DNA from: Dehalococcoidia bacterium
GTDB lineage: Bacteria; Chloroflexota; Dehalococcoidia; Lucifugimonadales; CATOSD01
NCBI GenBank assembly: GCA_034422735.1
Contig: DAOUJL010000039.1
Coordinates: 100,136-164,135 of the forward strand
Direction of reading: 5' to 3'
Length of the DNA stretch: 64,000 nt
In this document: piece after piece, positions 38,048 through 47,956 of the stretch
Layout of the letters: each line of letters begins with the position of its first letter
Numbering within the stretch: position 1 is the stretch's first letter
The notes under the pieces: model-generated
Databases searched by the model: none
What the model was told of the DNA's origin: nothing
Seen by the model: the letters and a program-made list of their open reading frames with translations, nothing else
Made by a program: the position numbers and the translations under genes

Positions 38048-39406
38048 ATGCCCGGTCCGCCGTCGCCATGCTATGATGTACGGAGTAACTACGCGAAGGT
38101 GAGCGACTTGAGACACACACCGCAAGGATTCCGTTGGGCGGCGGCCATCGCTGTCACCTGGATGTTCGCCATCCTTGTGGCGTGCGGCGGCGAGGCTGCG
38201 GACGCCACGACTCCGGCGCCCTCCCCCACCGCGCCCCCGACGTCAGGGAGCGATCAGCCGGTCGCCCCGGAAGTAGTACAGCTCGATGAGCCGCTCAACG
38301 CGCCGTCCGAGGTGCCCGAGGAGCTGCTGGCGGTCTGGGAAGCCTGGGCGCTGCTCGCGCGGGAACACATCGACCGCGAGAACCTGGATCCCGCCGAGGC
38401 GACCGAGGAGGCCATCCGGGGAGTCATCGAGACGCTGGGCGACCCCCATACCCACTACGTTGCGCCCGAAGAGTTCGACATTCAGAGCCAGGACCTGCAG
38501 GGCGAGTTCGAGGGCATCGGCGCGAGCGTATCGATGCGGCTGGACGGCAACTTGGTGGTGGTCGCCCCCATCGCGGGCAGCCCGGCTGAGGCCGCCGGCG
38601 TCCGGCCCGGCGACATCATCCTGGAGATCGACGGCGTAAGCGTCGAGGGGATGAGCCTTATGGGGGCTGTGAACAAGATCAGAGGTCAGCGCGGCACCAA
38701 GGTCACCATCCTGGTGCGCCACCTCGGAGCCATAGACCCGGTCGCCATCGAGATCATCAGGGGCATCATTCCGCTGGAAAGCGTGCTGCTCCGAAGCGAG
38801 CCGGGCGAGAGGATAGCGCACATCAGGGTTACGGAGTTCTTCGCCGACACCGCTGACGACCTCGGCAACATGCTGCTCCAGGTGATGTCGAGCGGCGCGA
38901 AGGGTGTCATCCTCGACTTTCGGGACAATCCCGGCGGCCTGCTCAGCTCCGTCATCGACGTAGTCAACCTGTTTCTCGACGCCAACCAGCTCCCCGACGG
39001 CGCGCTGGTGACCTACGAGATCGACTCAAGCGGCAAACGCACCAACTTCCACGTACAACCGGGCGGTGTAGCCACGGAGATTCCGATTGTCATCTTGACG
39101 AACGAATTCAGCGCCAGCGCGACCGAGATTCTCGCCGGGGCGCTCCAGGACCACGGAAGGGCCCAAATCGTAGGAGCTACCACCTACGGCAAGGGCAGCG
39201 TCAACATACTGCGCCGCCTCAGCAACGGCGGAGGCCTCATAATAACGTTCGCACGCTGGTACACGCCGGAGGGACGCCAGATTGAGGAACAGGGCATCGC
39301 GCCGGACTTCGAGGTCACGTCCAGAGACCGCCAGACCGCGGAAACCACGCAGCTCGAGAAGGCGAGAGAAGTGATGGAGTCGATCCTCGAAGATGAAGGC
39401 CTGTAG
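38048..39406 (+). CDS. S41 family C-terminal processing peptidase with PDZ domain
   Basis: 452 aa with a signal/lipobox (FAILVACGG), a PDZ domain (GDIILEIDG) and the catalytic region LTNEFSASATEILAGALQD...GKGSV. Confidence 0.88.
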   Translation: MPGPPSPCYDVRSNYAKVSDLRHTPQGFRWAAAIAVTWMFAILVACGGEAADATTPAPSPTAPPTSGSDQPVAPEVVQLDEPLNAPSEVPEELLAVWEAWALLAREHIDRENLDPAEATEEAIRGVIETLGDPHTHYVAPEEFDIQSQDLQGEFEGIGASVSMRLDGNLVVVAPIAGSPAEAAGVRPGDIILEIDGVSVEGMSLMGAVNKIRGQRGTKVTILVRHLGAIDPVAIEIIRGIIPLESVLLRSEPGERIAHIRVTEFFADTADDLGNMLLQVMSSGAKGVILDFRDNPGGLLSSVIDVVNLFLDANQLPDGALVTYEIDSSGKRTNFHVQPGGVATEIPIVILTNEFSASATEILAGALQDHGRAQIVGATTYGKGSVNILRRLSNGGGLIITFARWYTPEGRQIEEQGIAPDFEVTSRDRQTAETTQLEKAREVMESILEDEGL

Positions 39407-39418
39407 CCGGGTCGGACC

Positions 39419-39874
39419 ATGAGCCAGTACAGGACAATCGCCACCAACAGAAGAGCCAGGCGCGACTACGACATCCTCGACACCTTCGAGGCGGGCATCG
39501 TGCTGACCGGCACAGAGATCAAGTCGCTCCGCGCCAACCGCGCCAACATCGGGGACGCCTACGCTCGGCCGGAGGGCGGCGAGCTGTGGCTGCACAACCT
39601 TCACATATCGCAGTACGACGCCGGCAACTCCGCCAACCACGACCCGATGCGCCCGCGCAAGCTGCTGCTGCACAAGATGCAGATACGGCGGCTGAGCAGG
39701 GACGTGTCCGAGAAGGGGTTCACCCTGGTGCCGCTGCGCATCTACTTGAAGCGGCACCTCGCCAAGGTGGAGCTTGCCTTGGCGAAAGGGCGCCGACGCC
39801 ACGACAAGCGCCGCGCCATAATCGACCGTTACCGGGAGCAGGAGGCGCGAGAAGCGATCGGCAGCCGCCGCTAG
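39419..39874 (+). CDS. smpB: SsrA-binding protein
   Basis: 151 aa with ATNRRARRDYDILDTFEAGIVLTGTEIKSLR... and a basic C-terminal tail. Confidence 0.95.
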   Translation: MSQYRTIATNRRARRDYDILDTFEAGIVLTGTEIKSLRANRANIGDAYARPEGGELWLHNLHISQYDAGNSANHDPMRPRKLLLHKMQIRRLSRDVSEKGFTLVPLRIYLKRHLAKVELALAKGRRRHDKRRAIIDRYREQEAREAIGSRR

Positions 39875-39902
39875 GGAACTGAGACAGCGCACCACGCAAA
39901 TC

Positions 39903-39938
39903 GGCGCCGCATATCGGAATTGACCGGTGTGCGGCGCC
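39903..39938. terminator. hairpin between convergent smpB and the small HTH gene (terminator candidate)
   Basis: A 9-bp GC stem ggcgccgca/tgcggcgcc with an 18-nt loop, followed by gttgtctt. Confidence 0.35.
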
Positions 39939-39992
39939 GTTGTCTTGCCAGAGCGAGCACCGACCACGCCGGCGCTCAGCGGCCTTGCCTCC

Positions 39993-40220
39993 CTACTTGA
40001 CCCGGGTCACCTTGATGGTGTCGCCGGGCGCGAGAGCTATCCTCTGCACGCTGATGCCCAGCTTGAGCAGCCAGTAGCCGAGCGTGGCCTTGCTCACCCC
40101 CAGGTGGTCGGCGGTTGCCGTCAGGCCCATCTCCGTCACCATCCCGGGAAGCATTTTCTCCAGCGGCTGGTCAAACTTCGATTCGACTGCCAGCATCTTC
40201 TTCGTCTTCTTGGTCGTCAC
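39993..40220 (-). CDS. small HTH DNA-binding protein
   Basis: 75 aa. The segment LTATADHLGVSKATLGYWLLKLGI is a helix-turn-helix-like core, and the N-terminus is Lys-rich. Confidence 0.5.
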   Translation of the reverse strand: MTTKKTKKMLAVESKFDQPLEKMLPGMVTEMGLTATADHLGVSKATLGYWLLKLGISVQRIALAPGDTIKVTRVK

Positions 40221-40681
40221 TTCGTCCTCCTTAGTGCTGTACAGATATCCTGTGACATTGACCCTGTTCCCGCTGCCTGATGGACCACTGCTGAAATGCT
40301 GCTCACGCTTTACTGTGCGCTAATGCTAAACCCGCCACTAATCGAATGTCAATGCCTCTTCAAAACATTTCTGGCGCAATTCTAATATTGTCAGTGTTTG
40401 TCTGGCAAGTCCAGAAGTCCCCGGCCCTGCTGTTCGGGCGGCCCTAAGTCCCGGGCCTCGGCCCCGCAAAGTGCGACCCCGTAGCTGGCTATAACAAACG
40501 ACACGGCGATTTCGCGTGTAAGTTCATATTATGCGGTGTCTAGGGCCATAGTGTGACCACGGCGACCTAGCGTGATGGCCCGGGTCGCGGGTTGCGCGCG
40601 TGCCCCAGCGTTCCTGTCCCCTACCCCACTCGACGCCCGCCCCGGTCCACCGGCGTCGCCGAGGCGCGAAGCGTCACGATT

Positions 40682-41257
40682 ATGCGAGCGGGCCGCCGCT
40701 GGGTTATGATGGTCAGTGTGTGCCGGCGAACCGGTCGCCGTCCCCTACCGAACCCCAGGAGGCAGTGTTTGGCATCGCGCATTCTGGACAGCATCCGACG
40801 CAACCACGCACTGGAGCACGCCACCGTCACCATGCTCCTCGAGGCCAGGTCCCCTACCCCACTGGGTGGCTACTCCACCCCCGGCGGGTTCTTCATCTTC
40901 GGCCGGGCGTCGCTCGAAGAGGTCTACACCGCAGCTCAGAAGGCCCTCGCCTCACTCCAGGCCGGCCGCGCCGACCTCGCGATCTCGCCCCACTGCGGCA
41001 CCAACATCGCCACCGCCGCGCTGCTGGGCGGCCTCCTCGCCAGGGCGATCCTGGCCCGCGGCCGCCGCATCGCCCGAATCCCCGTCGCCATCGCCGCCAT
41101 GGTCGGAGTCGGCCTCCTGAGCCGGCCCATCGGAAACACGCTGCAGCGCCACTTCACCACCCTCGCCGAGCTCGACGGCGTGGAGATCACCAGAATCAGA
41201 AGAGTATGGGCCGGCGGACTCTCGATCTACCGCGTCAGCACTTCCACGCCGAAGTAG
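40682..41257 (+). CDS. conserved hypothetical protein (NHALEH motif, hydrophobic C-terminal half)
   Basis: The ORF is open from 40592, with ATG 40682 or 40706 plausible as the start. The sequence is ...ILDSIRRNHALEHATVTMLLE...ISPHCGTNIATAALLGG.... No family is confidently named. Confidence 0.5.
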   Translation: MRAGRRWVMMVSVCRRTGRRPLPNPRRQCLASRILDSIRRNHALEHATVTMLLEARSPTPLGGYSTPGGFFIFGRASLEEVYTAAQKALASLQAGRADLAISPHCGTNIATAALLGGLLARAILARGRRIARIPVAIAAMVGVGLLSRPIGNTLQRHFTTLAELDGVEITRIRRVWAGGLSIYRVSTSTPK

Positions 41258-41386
41258 GCGACAGATGCGGCAGTCGCGGTAAGGAGGACGTTGTGCCTAC
41301 CAGGTGGCACGCGGGTGCGATAAGGGCACGCACGATGCAGGAACGAATTCGGCCCGTTGTGCTACACTTGAACACAGTCCTCCGTT

Positions 41387-41463
41387 GTCCCTGTAGCTCA
41401 GTTGGACAGAGCGGCTGCCTTCTAAGCAGCGGGTCGCGGGTTCGAATCCTGCCAGGGACGCCA
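41387..41463 (+). tRNA. tRNA-Arg (anticodon UCU), genomically encoded CCA
   Basis: Cloverleaf: acceptor GTCCCTG/CAGGGAC, D arm GCTC-AGTTGGACA-GAGC, anticodon arm GCTGC-CTTCTAA-GCAGC, variable GGGTC, T arm GCGGG-TTCGAAT-CCTGC, discriminator G, then CCA. Confidence 0.93.
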
Positions 41464-41636
41464 GGCCATACTATGGTCCGCCGGTCCCCACGCATCGAAT
41501 CAGCCGCGGATGCGCGCGAATCTCGATATTGCGATTGCGAAGTCATGCTGGAAATCCTCGTAACGATATCGAAGTCGCGAAAACCCACGGAAACCGCCAC
41601 TATCGGAATATCGCAATTGGCAATAGAGGAGTGAAA

Positions 41637-42296
41637 ATGGCCACCAGTTTTTCATCCGAGCTGCGGCAGGAGGCCGCTTCCGTCTGGGGCGACATCATGG
41701 AGCACCCCTTCCTGCTGGAGCTGCAGAGAGGCACTCTCCCCGTCGAGAGCTTCCGCTACTACGTGATCCAGGACTACCACTACATGGAGGGTTTCGGCAG
41801 AGTGGTCTCGATCGCGCTGTCCAAGGCGCCCGACACCGAGGCCATCCGTCAGTTGGCTCGGCGCGTCGCCACGCCCGTGGAGCGTCCCCTGCACTCCCGC
41901 ATGTTCGAGCTGCTGGGCGTCACCGAGGAGGAGGCCGAGGCCGCCGCCCAGTCGCCCACGAATCTCGCCTACGTCAACCACATGCTCACCGCCGCCTCCA
42001 TGGGGGGAGTCGGCGAGGCCGCCGCGGCCATACTCCCCTGCCCCTGGAGCTACCACGAGATCGGCCAGCAGCTCCAGCCGTCGCCCCATCCGGTCTACGG
42101 CCATTGGGTCGACGCCTACTCCTCTGGTATCCTTGAGGAGAGTACGGTGGCCTGGCGTGAACTGGTGGACCGGTTCGGCGCGGAAGGCGGCCCCGCCGTT
42201 AGGGCGGCCATGCGCGACGCGTTCCTGGCCAGCTCGCGCTACGAGCACATGTTTTGGTCCATGGCCTACTCGCGCGAGCAGTGGCCCGTGTCTTAA
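41637..42296 (+). CDS. tenA: TenA family thiaminase II / aminopyrimidine aminohydrolase
   Basis: ATG 41637. MATSFSSELRQEAASVWGDIMEHPFLLELQRGTLPVESFRYYVIQDYHYMEGF...PCPWSYHEIG is the TenA pattern. Confidence 0.8.
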   Translation: MATSFSSELRQEAASVWGDIMEHPFLLELQRGTLPVESFRYYVIQDYHYMEGFGRVVSIALSKAPDTEAIRQLARRVATPVERPLHSRMFELLGVTEEEAEAAAQSPTNLAYVNHMLTAASMGGVGEAAAAILPCPWSYHEIGQQLQPSPHPVYGHWVDAYSSGILEESTVAWRELVDRFGAEGGPAVRAAMRDAFLASSRYEHMFWSMAYSREQWPVS

Positions 42297-42314
42297 GAGG
42301 CCGAGCCTATCGAA

Positions 42315-42379
42315 GTCCCTTCCCCCTCGATGGGGGAAGAGCCTGCCCTGAGCCTGCCGAATGGGTCAGGATGGGGGTG
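42315..42379 (+). repeat. family-A hairpin repeat (copy A6) with ~26-nt insertion
   Basis: The hairpin gtcccttccccctcgatgggggaag is followed by the inserted agcctgccctgagcctgccgaatgggtc and then the tail aggatgggggtg. Confidence 0.8.
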
Positions 42380-42393
42380 AAAGGGAGATAACC

Positions 42394-43884
42394 ATGGCGA
42401 CACAGAGCTACGCGGGCACCGTGAACGCGCCCGACTTCCCAAAAGGGATGGACTGGCTGAACACCGAGCGGCCCCTCTCACTGGAGGACCTGCGCGGAAA
42501 GATCGTGATCCTGGACTTCTGGACCTATTGTTGAGTCAACTGCATGCACGTATTTCCGCAGTTGCGGAAACTGGAAGAGAAGTACCGGAACGAGCTGGTC
42601 GTGGTCGGCGTGCACTCCGCGAAGTTCACCGCCGAAAAGGATACCGAGAACGTGCGCAAGGCAATCCTGCGCTACGAGATCGAGCACCCGGTAGCCAACG
42701 ACTCCGACTTCGTCATCTGGCAGACCTACACCGTCCGCGCCTGGCCCACGCTCATGTTTATAGACCCGCGCGGCAAGGTCATCGGCAAGCACGAAGGTGA
42801 GATCGTCCTCGAACCCTTCGACAACATCATCGCCGAGATGGTGCGCGAGTTCGACGGCGACGGCCTGATCGACCGCCGGCCCATGACCTTCAAGCTGGAG
42901 AGCGAGACGGAATGGGAGCGGCCCCTGTCCTTCCCGGGCAAGGTGCTGGCGGACGCGGCTTCCGGCCGGCTGTTCATCGCCGACTCCAACCACAACCGCG
43001 TGGTCGTCGCGACGCTGGACGGCGACGTGACCCAGGTCATCGGCAGCGGCGAGCGCGGCCAGGCGGACGGCCCGGCGCACGAGGCCCAATTCGACGACCC
43101 GCAGGGCATGGCGCTCGACGGCGACGTGCTGTACGTCGTCGACACCAAGAACCACTCGATTCGCCGCGTAGCGCTCGACACCGGCCGCGTGGACACCATA
43201 GCGGGCGTTGGCGAGCAGGCGATGCGGTTCCACGCGGGCGGCGACGGGCTGTCCACAGCGCTGAACTCACCCTGGGACCTGGAGCTGCGCGACGGCATCC
43301 TGTACATAGCCATGGCCGGTTTCCACCAGCTCTGGCGGATGCGCCTGGACACGGGCGAAGTCCTGCCCCACGCCGGTTCGGGCCGCGAGAACATCGTGGA
43401 CGGCCCGCTGGGATCAGCGCAGCTCGCCCAGCCCAGCGGCATCGCGTCCATCGACGACAAGCTGTACTTCACCGACAGCGAGACCAGCGCCATCCGCTCC
43501 GCCGACCTGGACACCGGCGGCCGCGTTCAGACCGTGTTGGGCCAGGGGCTATTCACGTTTGGCGACGCCGACGGCGTGGGCGACGCGGTGCGTCTCCAGC
43601 ATCCCATCGGCATAGACGCCGCCGACGGTGTGCTATACATCACCGACAGCTACAACAACAAGATCAAGCGCGTGTACCCCGCGACCCGTGGCTGCATGAC
43701 GATGCTCGGCAGCGGCGGCGCCGGCCACAGGGACGGACCCGCGGGCGAGGCCGAGTTCTACGAACCGTCAGGCGTGAGCGCGGCGGCGGGCAAGCTCTAC
43801 GTCGCCGACACTAACAACCACGCCATCCGCGTCGCCGACCTGGAAACGGGCGACGTGAGCACCCTGGAGCTGCGCGGGCTGTAG
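42394..43884 (+). CDS. thioredoxin-fold (redoxin) plus NHL-repeat beta-propeller protein, probable selenoprotein (UGA-Sec at codon 47)
   Basis: ATG 42394 has RBS agggag. The frame is open to 43884 apart from one TGA at 42532-42534. The translation reads ...[12 protein letters not shown][TGA][17 protein letters not shown]..., so the TGA occupies the first Cys of the family's CxxC motif. NHL-like repeats follow. The track only lists 42544..43884. Confidence 0.75.
42553..42570 (+). promoter_or_regulatory. SECIS-like hairpin downstream of the in-frame UGA
   Basis: A 7-bp stem tttccgc/gcggaaa with apical loop AGTT. The stem starts 19 nt after the UGA, and the loop G/U lies about 27-28 nt downstream. 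Confidence 0.5.
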
Positions 43885-43891
43885 GGGGCCC

Positions 43892-45172
43892 CTACCCCCC
43901 TTGCCCACCCTCGTTGGCGGCAGCCGAACGCAATAGCTCTTCCGGGGCCTTGATCGAGCGAAACTGCAGGTACAGCGCGAAGTTGTAGAGCAGCTTGAAG
44001 AAGGTTCCGATGAGAAACGGCGTGCCCAGCGTCGTAACGCTCGCAGTCGCGCCGCCGATGATGGGGCTGGCGGCCTGAGTCACGTTTCGGCCCAGGTTCG
44101 TTACGCCCGCCATCGCCATGCGCGACTCCGGCGGCACTATCGCCATCGTGTATGACTGGCGCGTGGGCACGTCCATCTCGTTGAGAAGTTCCCTGGCCAC
44201 GTAGAACGCCACGGCCAGCAGCGCGTTGCCGGACAGCGCGAGAGCGATCATCAGCACGTTGGCGAGCACCTGGGTGAACACCATCGTGTTCACCAGCCCG
44301 ATTCTCCTGGCGCACGGGGCGGCAAGCAGCACCGAGACGACGTTGGCTAGCTGCCCCAGGAAGAAAACCGCGGTGATCGAGTTGAGGCTAAGTCCGAACT
44401 TGGTCGCGAACCAGTATGCGATGAAACTCTTCACGTAGAAGCCGCCGCCCAGCGAGTCGATGGAGAAGAGCGCCGCGATGCGGATGATGGCGCCGCGCGC
44501 GCTCAGTCCCCCCTCGTTGGATGGAAATGCGCTCCCTGCGACCGCACGCGCCTCCGCCTGGGGAGTCAGCCCGCCGTAGAAGGCCAGGGCCCCCACGGCC
44601 ACGACGGCGTAGCCGAAGAACATCGCCCGGTACGACGCAAGCTCTTCCATACCCAGCGTGGACTGCAACAGTTCCGGCGCCGCTATCAGCAACGCGCCGC
44701 CCGTCTTGGTGACGATGCTGACGAGGTTGTAAAGGCTGAACACCATGGTACGCTCGCGTTCGGAGGCGGACTGCGCCAGAATTGCGGAGTCCATCGACAC
44801 GAACGCGGTGCGGTCGCCGCCGGTGGTGGTGGTCATCGCGAGCAGTCCGATTGCGGCAAGCTGCCATTCGTTGGTGCCCAGCGCGAACAGCGCGCCGCCT
44901 ACCGACATCAGCAGCGTCATCACAATCAGCAACCGCCGCCGCCCTATCCTGTCGCCTTTCCAACTGGCCACCACGTTGGAGACCGCGCCGCCGGCCATTA
45001 TGCCGCTGAACACCACGCCCGCCTGGAACGCGCTGAACTCCAGCACGCTGAGATACACGCCCAGAAAGACGCTCAAAAAGCTGTAGTCGATTCCCCTGAC
45101 GGCGGTTGCGCCGAACACCATCCAGCCGTCGCGGCTGAGCGAAGGGACGAGGCGCCGGATAAACGCGGCCAC
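43892..45172 (-). CDS. MFS transporter
   Basis: 426 aa with multiple TM segments and the MFS loop motif GDRIGRRRLL. Confidence 0.75.
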   Translation of the reverse strand: MAAFIRRLVPSLSRDGWMVFGATAVRGIDYSFLSVFLGVYLSVLEFSAFQAGVVFSGIMAGGAVSNVVASWKGDRIGRRRLLIVMTLLMSVGGALFALGTNEWQLAAIGLLAMTTTTGGDRTAFVSMDSAILAQSASERERTMVFSLYNLVSIVTKTGGALLIAAPELLQSTLGMEELASYRAMFFGYAVVAVGALAFYGGLTPQAEARAVAGSAFPSNEGGLSARGAIIRIAALFSIDSLGGGFYVKSFIAYWFATKFGLSLNSITAVFFLGQLANVVSVLLAAPCARRIGLVNTMVFTQVLANVLMIALALSGNALLAVAFYVARELLNEMDVPTRQSYTMAIVPPESRMAMAGVTNLGRNVTQAASPIIGGATASVTTLGTPFLIGTFFKLLYNFALYLQFRSIKAPEELLRSAAANEGGQGG

Positions 45173-45205
45173 GGGTGCTCGGGGCCAACGCCGCGGCGGG
45201 CGGCG

Positions 45206-47881
45206 TCAGGCCGTGGCGAGCTTCTCCAGGATGTCGGCCACCCTGGCCTGGCGCTCCTCGATCGTGCGCCAGCGCTCGCGCTCCCTCTCGACCACCTCTT
45301 CGGGGGCACGCGACAGGAAGTTCTCGTTGGAGAGCAGGTCGGACAGCTTGGCCATCTGGCCGTCGAGCTGCCGCTGCTCCTCAGCAAGCCTCTCTCGCTC
45401 CTGCCCGACGTCGATCAGGCCGCCCAGCGGCATCCTGACCGTTGCGCGCTCCAGCACCAGCGACACGGTGTCCGGCTCGTCCCGCCCCGGCTCGCGCGCC
45501 ACGCTGAGCGGCTCGATCCGGCCCAGCGCGGCTATCGCGCCGGACTCGCGGGCCAGCGGGGCTTCCAGCGGCCCGGCCTCCACGGACGCAGCGACCCGCT
45601 GGTTGGGCTGTATCTTGAACTCCGCGCGGAGGTTCCGCACGGAGCGCACGATGTCGATGAGCGCGCCAATCTCGGCCTCCGCGTCGGCGTCGAAGTGGAC
45701 CGCGTCGGCCGCCGGGTAGGCCGCGGCGATTAGCGCGTCGGGACGTCCTGGCTCGTCCGGAAGCATCCGCGTGAGCATCTGCCAAAGCTCCTCGGTGACG
45801 AACGGCAGGAAGGGATGCAGCAAGCGCAGTATGCGCTCCAGCACGTACGCCAGCGTCGGCAGAGGCGACTCCCCATCCTCCTCGTCCGAGCGCATCCGTA
45901 TCTTGGCGAGTTCGATGTACCAGTCGGCGAACTCGTGCCACATAAAGTCGTGGATGGCCCGCTGGGCCTCGCCGAAATTGTATTCGCCCATGAACCGCTC
46001 CACCTGCTCGGCGGTGCGATTCAGGCGGCTGACGATCCAGCGGTCGTGGCGGTGCGACGGCCTGGGGTCGTACCAGCCCTCCATTCCGTCCGCGCCCTCC
46101 AGGTTCTGCATGGCGAAACGGGCGGCGTTCCACAGCTTGTTGGCGAAGTTGCGGCTGGCCTCCAGCTTGCCCTGGTTCAGCCGCATGTCGTTGCCCGGCG
46201 AGTTGCCGGTCGTGAGCGCGAAGCGGAGCGCGTCCGCGCCGTACATGTCGATGAGCTCCAGCGGGTCCACCACGTTGCCCCTGGACTTGCTCATCTTCAG
46301 ACCCTCGGGATCCACCACCAGCCCGTGCAGGTACACGGTGCGGAACGGCACGTCGCCCATGTTCTCCAGCCCCAGCACTATCATGCGCGCCACCCAGAAG
46401 AACAGGATGTCGTAGCCCGTCTCCAGCACGCTGCCCGGATAGAAGTAGTCCAGGTCCTCGGTCTCGTCGGGCCACCCCAGCGTGGAGTGCGGCCACAGGC
46501 CGGAACTGAACCAGGTGTCCAGCACGTCCGGGTCGCGCTCCAAGTCGGTGGAGCCGCATTCCGGGCACGCCGTGGGGTCCGTCTCCTCCACGATCACCGC
46601 CTCGCACCCCTGGCAGTACCAGACCGGGATGCGGTGGCCCCACCAGAGCTGGCGGCTGATGCACCAGTCCCGGATGTTGTCCATCCAGTTGTAGTACACG
46701 CGCGTAAAGCGTTCAGGGACGATCCTGATCGAGCCGTCGGCCACCCGGTCTCTCGCGGGCTTGGCCAGCGGCTCCATGCGGACGTACCACTGGCGGCTGA
46801 TGATCGGCTCGACCACCTCGTCGCACCGGTCGCAGTGGCCCACCGAGTGGCGGTGTGGCTCGCTCTTCTCCAGCCGGCCCTCCGCCTCCAGTTGCGCCAC
46901 GATCTTCTCGCGCGCCTCCATGCGGTCCTGCCCCTCGTATGGGCCGGCGTTCTCGTTCAGCGTGCCGTCCAGGTTCAGAATGCTGACCGTCGGCAGGTCG
47001 TGGCGCTGGCCTATCTCGAAGTCGTTGGGGTCGTGGCCGGGCGTAACCTTGAGCGCGCCGGTGCCGAAGCCCAGCTCCACCGCATCGTCCGCTACCACCG
47101 GCAGGCGACGCCCCAGCACCGGCAGCACGGCGGTGCGGCCCACGAGTTGGCTTGCGCGGTCGTCCTCCGGGTTGACGGCCACCGCGGTGTCGCCCAGCAG
47201 CGTCTCCGGCCGCGTCGTGGCGATCGTGACAGAGCCGCCTCCCTCTAGTTCGTAGCGGATGTCGTACAGCCGCCCGTCCTCGTCCCGGTGCTTCACCTCC
47301 AGGTCGGACAGCGCGGTCCGGCAGCGCGGGCACCAGTTGGTGATGCGCTCGCCCCGGTAGATCAGCCCCTTCTCGTACAGGCTCACGAACGTCTTGCGCA
47401 CCGCTTTCGCGGGGCCGGCGTCCAACGTGAAGGCCGTGCGCGTCCAGTCGCACGACGCGCCCAGCCGCTTGAGCTGCGCGTATATACGGTCGCCGTACTG
47501 GTCCACCCACTGCCACACCCGCTCCACGAACTTCTGCCTGCCCAGGTCGTGGCGCGTGATGCCGTCGGACGCCAGCGCGCGCTCGACCACCACCTGCGTG
47601 GCGATGCCCGCGTGGTCCGAGCCGGGCAGGTACAGCGACGGGTCGCCCTTCATCCTGTGCCAGCGGATCATCAGGTCTTCCAGCGCGGTGGTGAGCGCGT
47701 GGCCCATGTGCAGCTCGCCGGTCACGTTCGGCGGCGGCATGATGATGACGAACGGCTCTTTGTCGCGATCTATCTCCGGCGTGAAGTGGCCGCTGTCCAA
47801 CCACAGATCGTAGATGCGCCGCTCCACGGCCTGCGGGTCATATGCCTTTGGGACATTGCTTCTCCGGGCGGTCTGGGTCAT
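45206..47881 (-). CDS. valS: valine--tRNA ligase
   Basis: 891 aa with PNVTGELHMGH (HIGH), KMSKSRGN (KMSKS), an editing domain and a C-terminal coiled coil. Confidence 0.97.
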   Translation of the reverse strand: MTQTARRSNVPKAYDPQAVERRIYDLWLDSGHFTPEIDRDKEPFVIIMPPPNVTGELHMGHALTTALEDLMIRWHRMKGDPSLYLPGSDHAGIATQVVVERALASDGITRHDLGRQKFVERVWQWVDQYGDRIYAQLKRLGASCDWTRTAFTLDAGPAKAVRKTFVSLYEKGLIYRGERITNWCPRCRTALSDLEVKHRDEDGRLYDIRYELEGGGSVTIATTRPETLLGDTAVAVNPEDDRASQLVGRTAVLPVLGRRLPVVADDAVELGFGTGALKVTPGHDPNDFEIGQRHDLPTVSILNLDGTLNENAGPYEGQDRMEAREKIVAQLEAEGRLEKSEPHRHSVGHCDRCDEVVEPIISRQWYVRMEPLAKPARDRVADGSIRIVPERFTRVYYNWMDNIRDWCISRQLWWGHRIPVWYCQGCEAVIVEETDPTACPECGSTDLERDPDVLDTWFSSGLWPHSTLGWPDETEDLDYFYPGSVLETGYDILFFWVARMIVLGLENMGDVPFRTVYLHGLVVDPEGLKMSKSRGNVVDPLELIDMYGADALRFALTTGNSPGNDMRLNQGKLEASRNFANKLWNAARFAMQNLEGADGMEGWYDPRPSHRHDRWIVSRLNRTAEQVERFMGEYNFGEAQRAIHDFMWHEFADWYIELAKIRMRSDEEDGESPLPTLAYVLERILRLLHPFLPFVTEELWQMLTRMLPDEPGRPDALIAAAYPAADAVHFDADAEAEIGALIDIVRSVRNLRAEFKIQPNQRVAASVEAGPLEAPLARESGAIAALGRIEPLSVAREPGRDEPDTVSLVLERATVRMPLGGLIDVGQERERLAEEQRQLDGQMAKLSDLLSNENFLSRAPEEVVERERERWRTIEERQARVADILEKLATA

Positions 47882-47907
47882 GAATTCTTCCTGGCGGTAT
47901 CACTAAG

Positions 47908-47947
47908 GTCCCTTCTCCCTTGGTGGGAGAAGGTTTAGGTTCAGGAG
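47908..47947 (+). repeat. family-B hairpin repeat (copy B5, divergent)
   Basis: gtcccttctcccttggtgggagaaggtttaggttcaggag. It forms a B-A doublet with A7. Confidence 0.8.
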
Positions 47948-47956
47948 TTCACAATA

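Noticed and set aside
39875-40600. Possible tmRNA (ssrA) gene next to smpB.
   Set aside because: No GGGG...TTCGAC-type 5' end, no alanine-type acceptor/T-arm with CCA, and no tag ORF ending in a stop could be found on either strand. The only T-arm-like GGGTCGCGGGTT at ~40580 lacks a matching acceptor stem.
41464-41636. Possible TPP riboswitch upstream of tenA, in the AT-richer region after tRNA-Arg with repeated GATAT/CGAAGTC words.
   Set aside because: The conserved THI-box features (CUGAGA and the ACCUGAUCUGGAUAAUGCCAGCG-like pyrimidine-sensor helix) are absent. The short word repeats are too weak to call.
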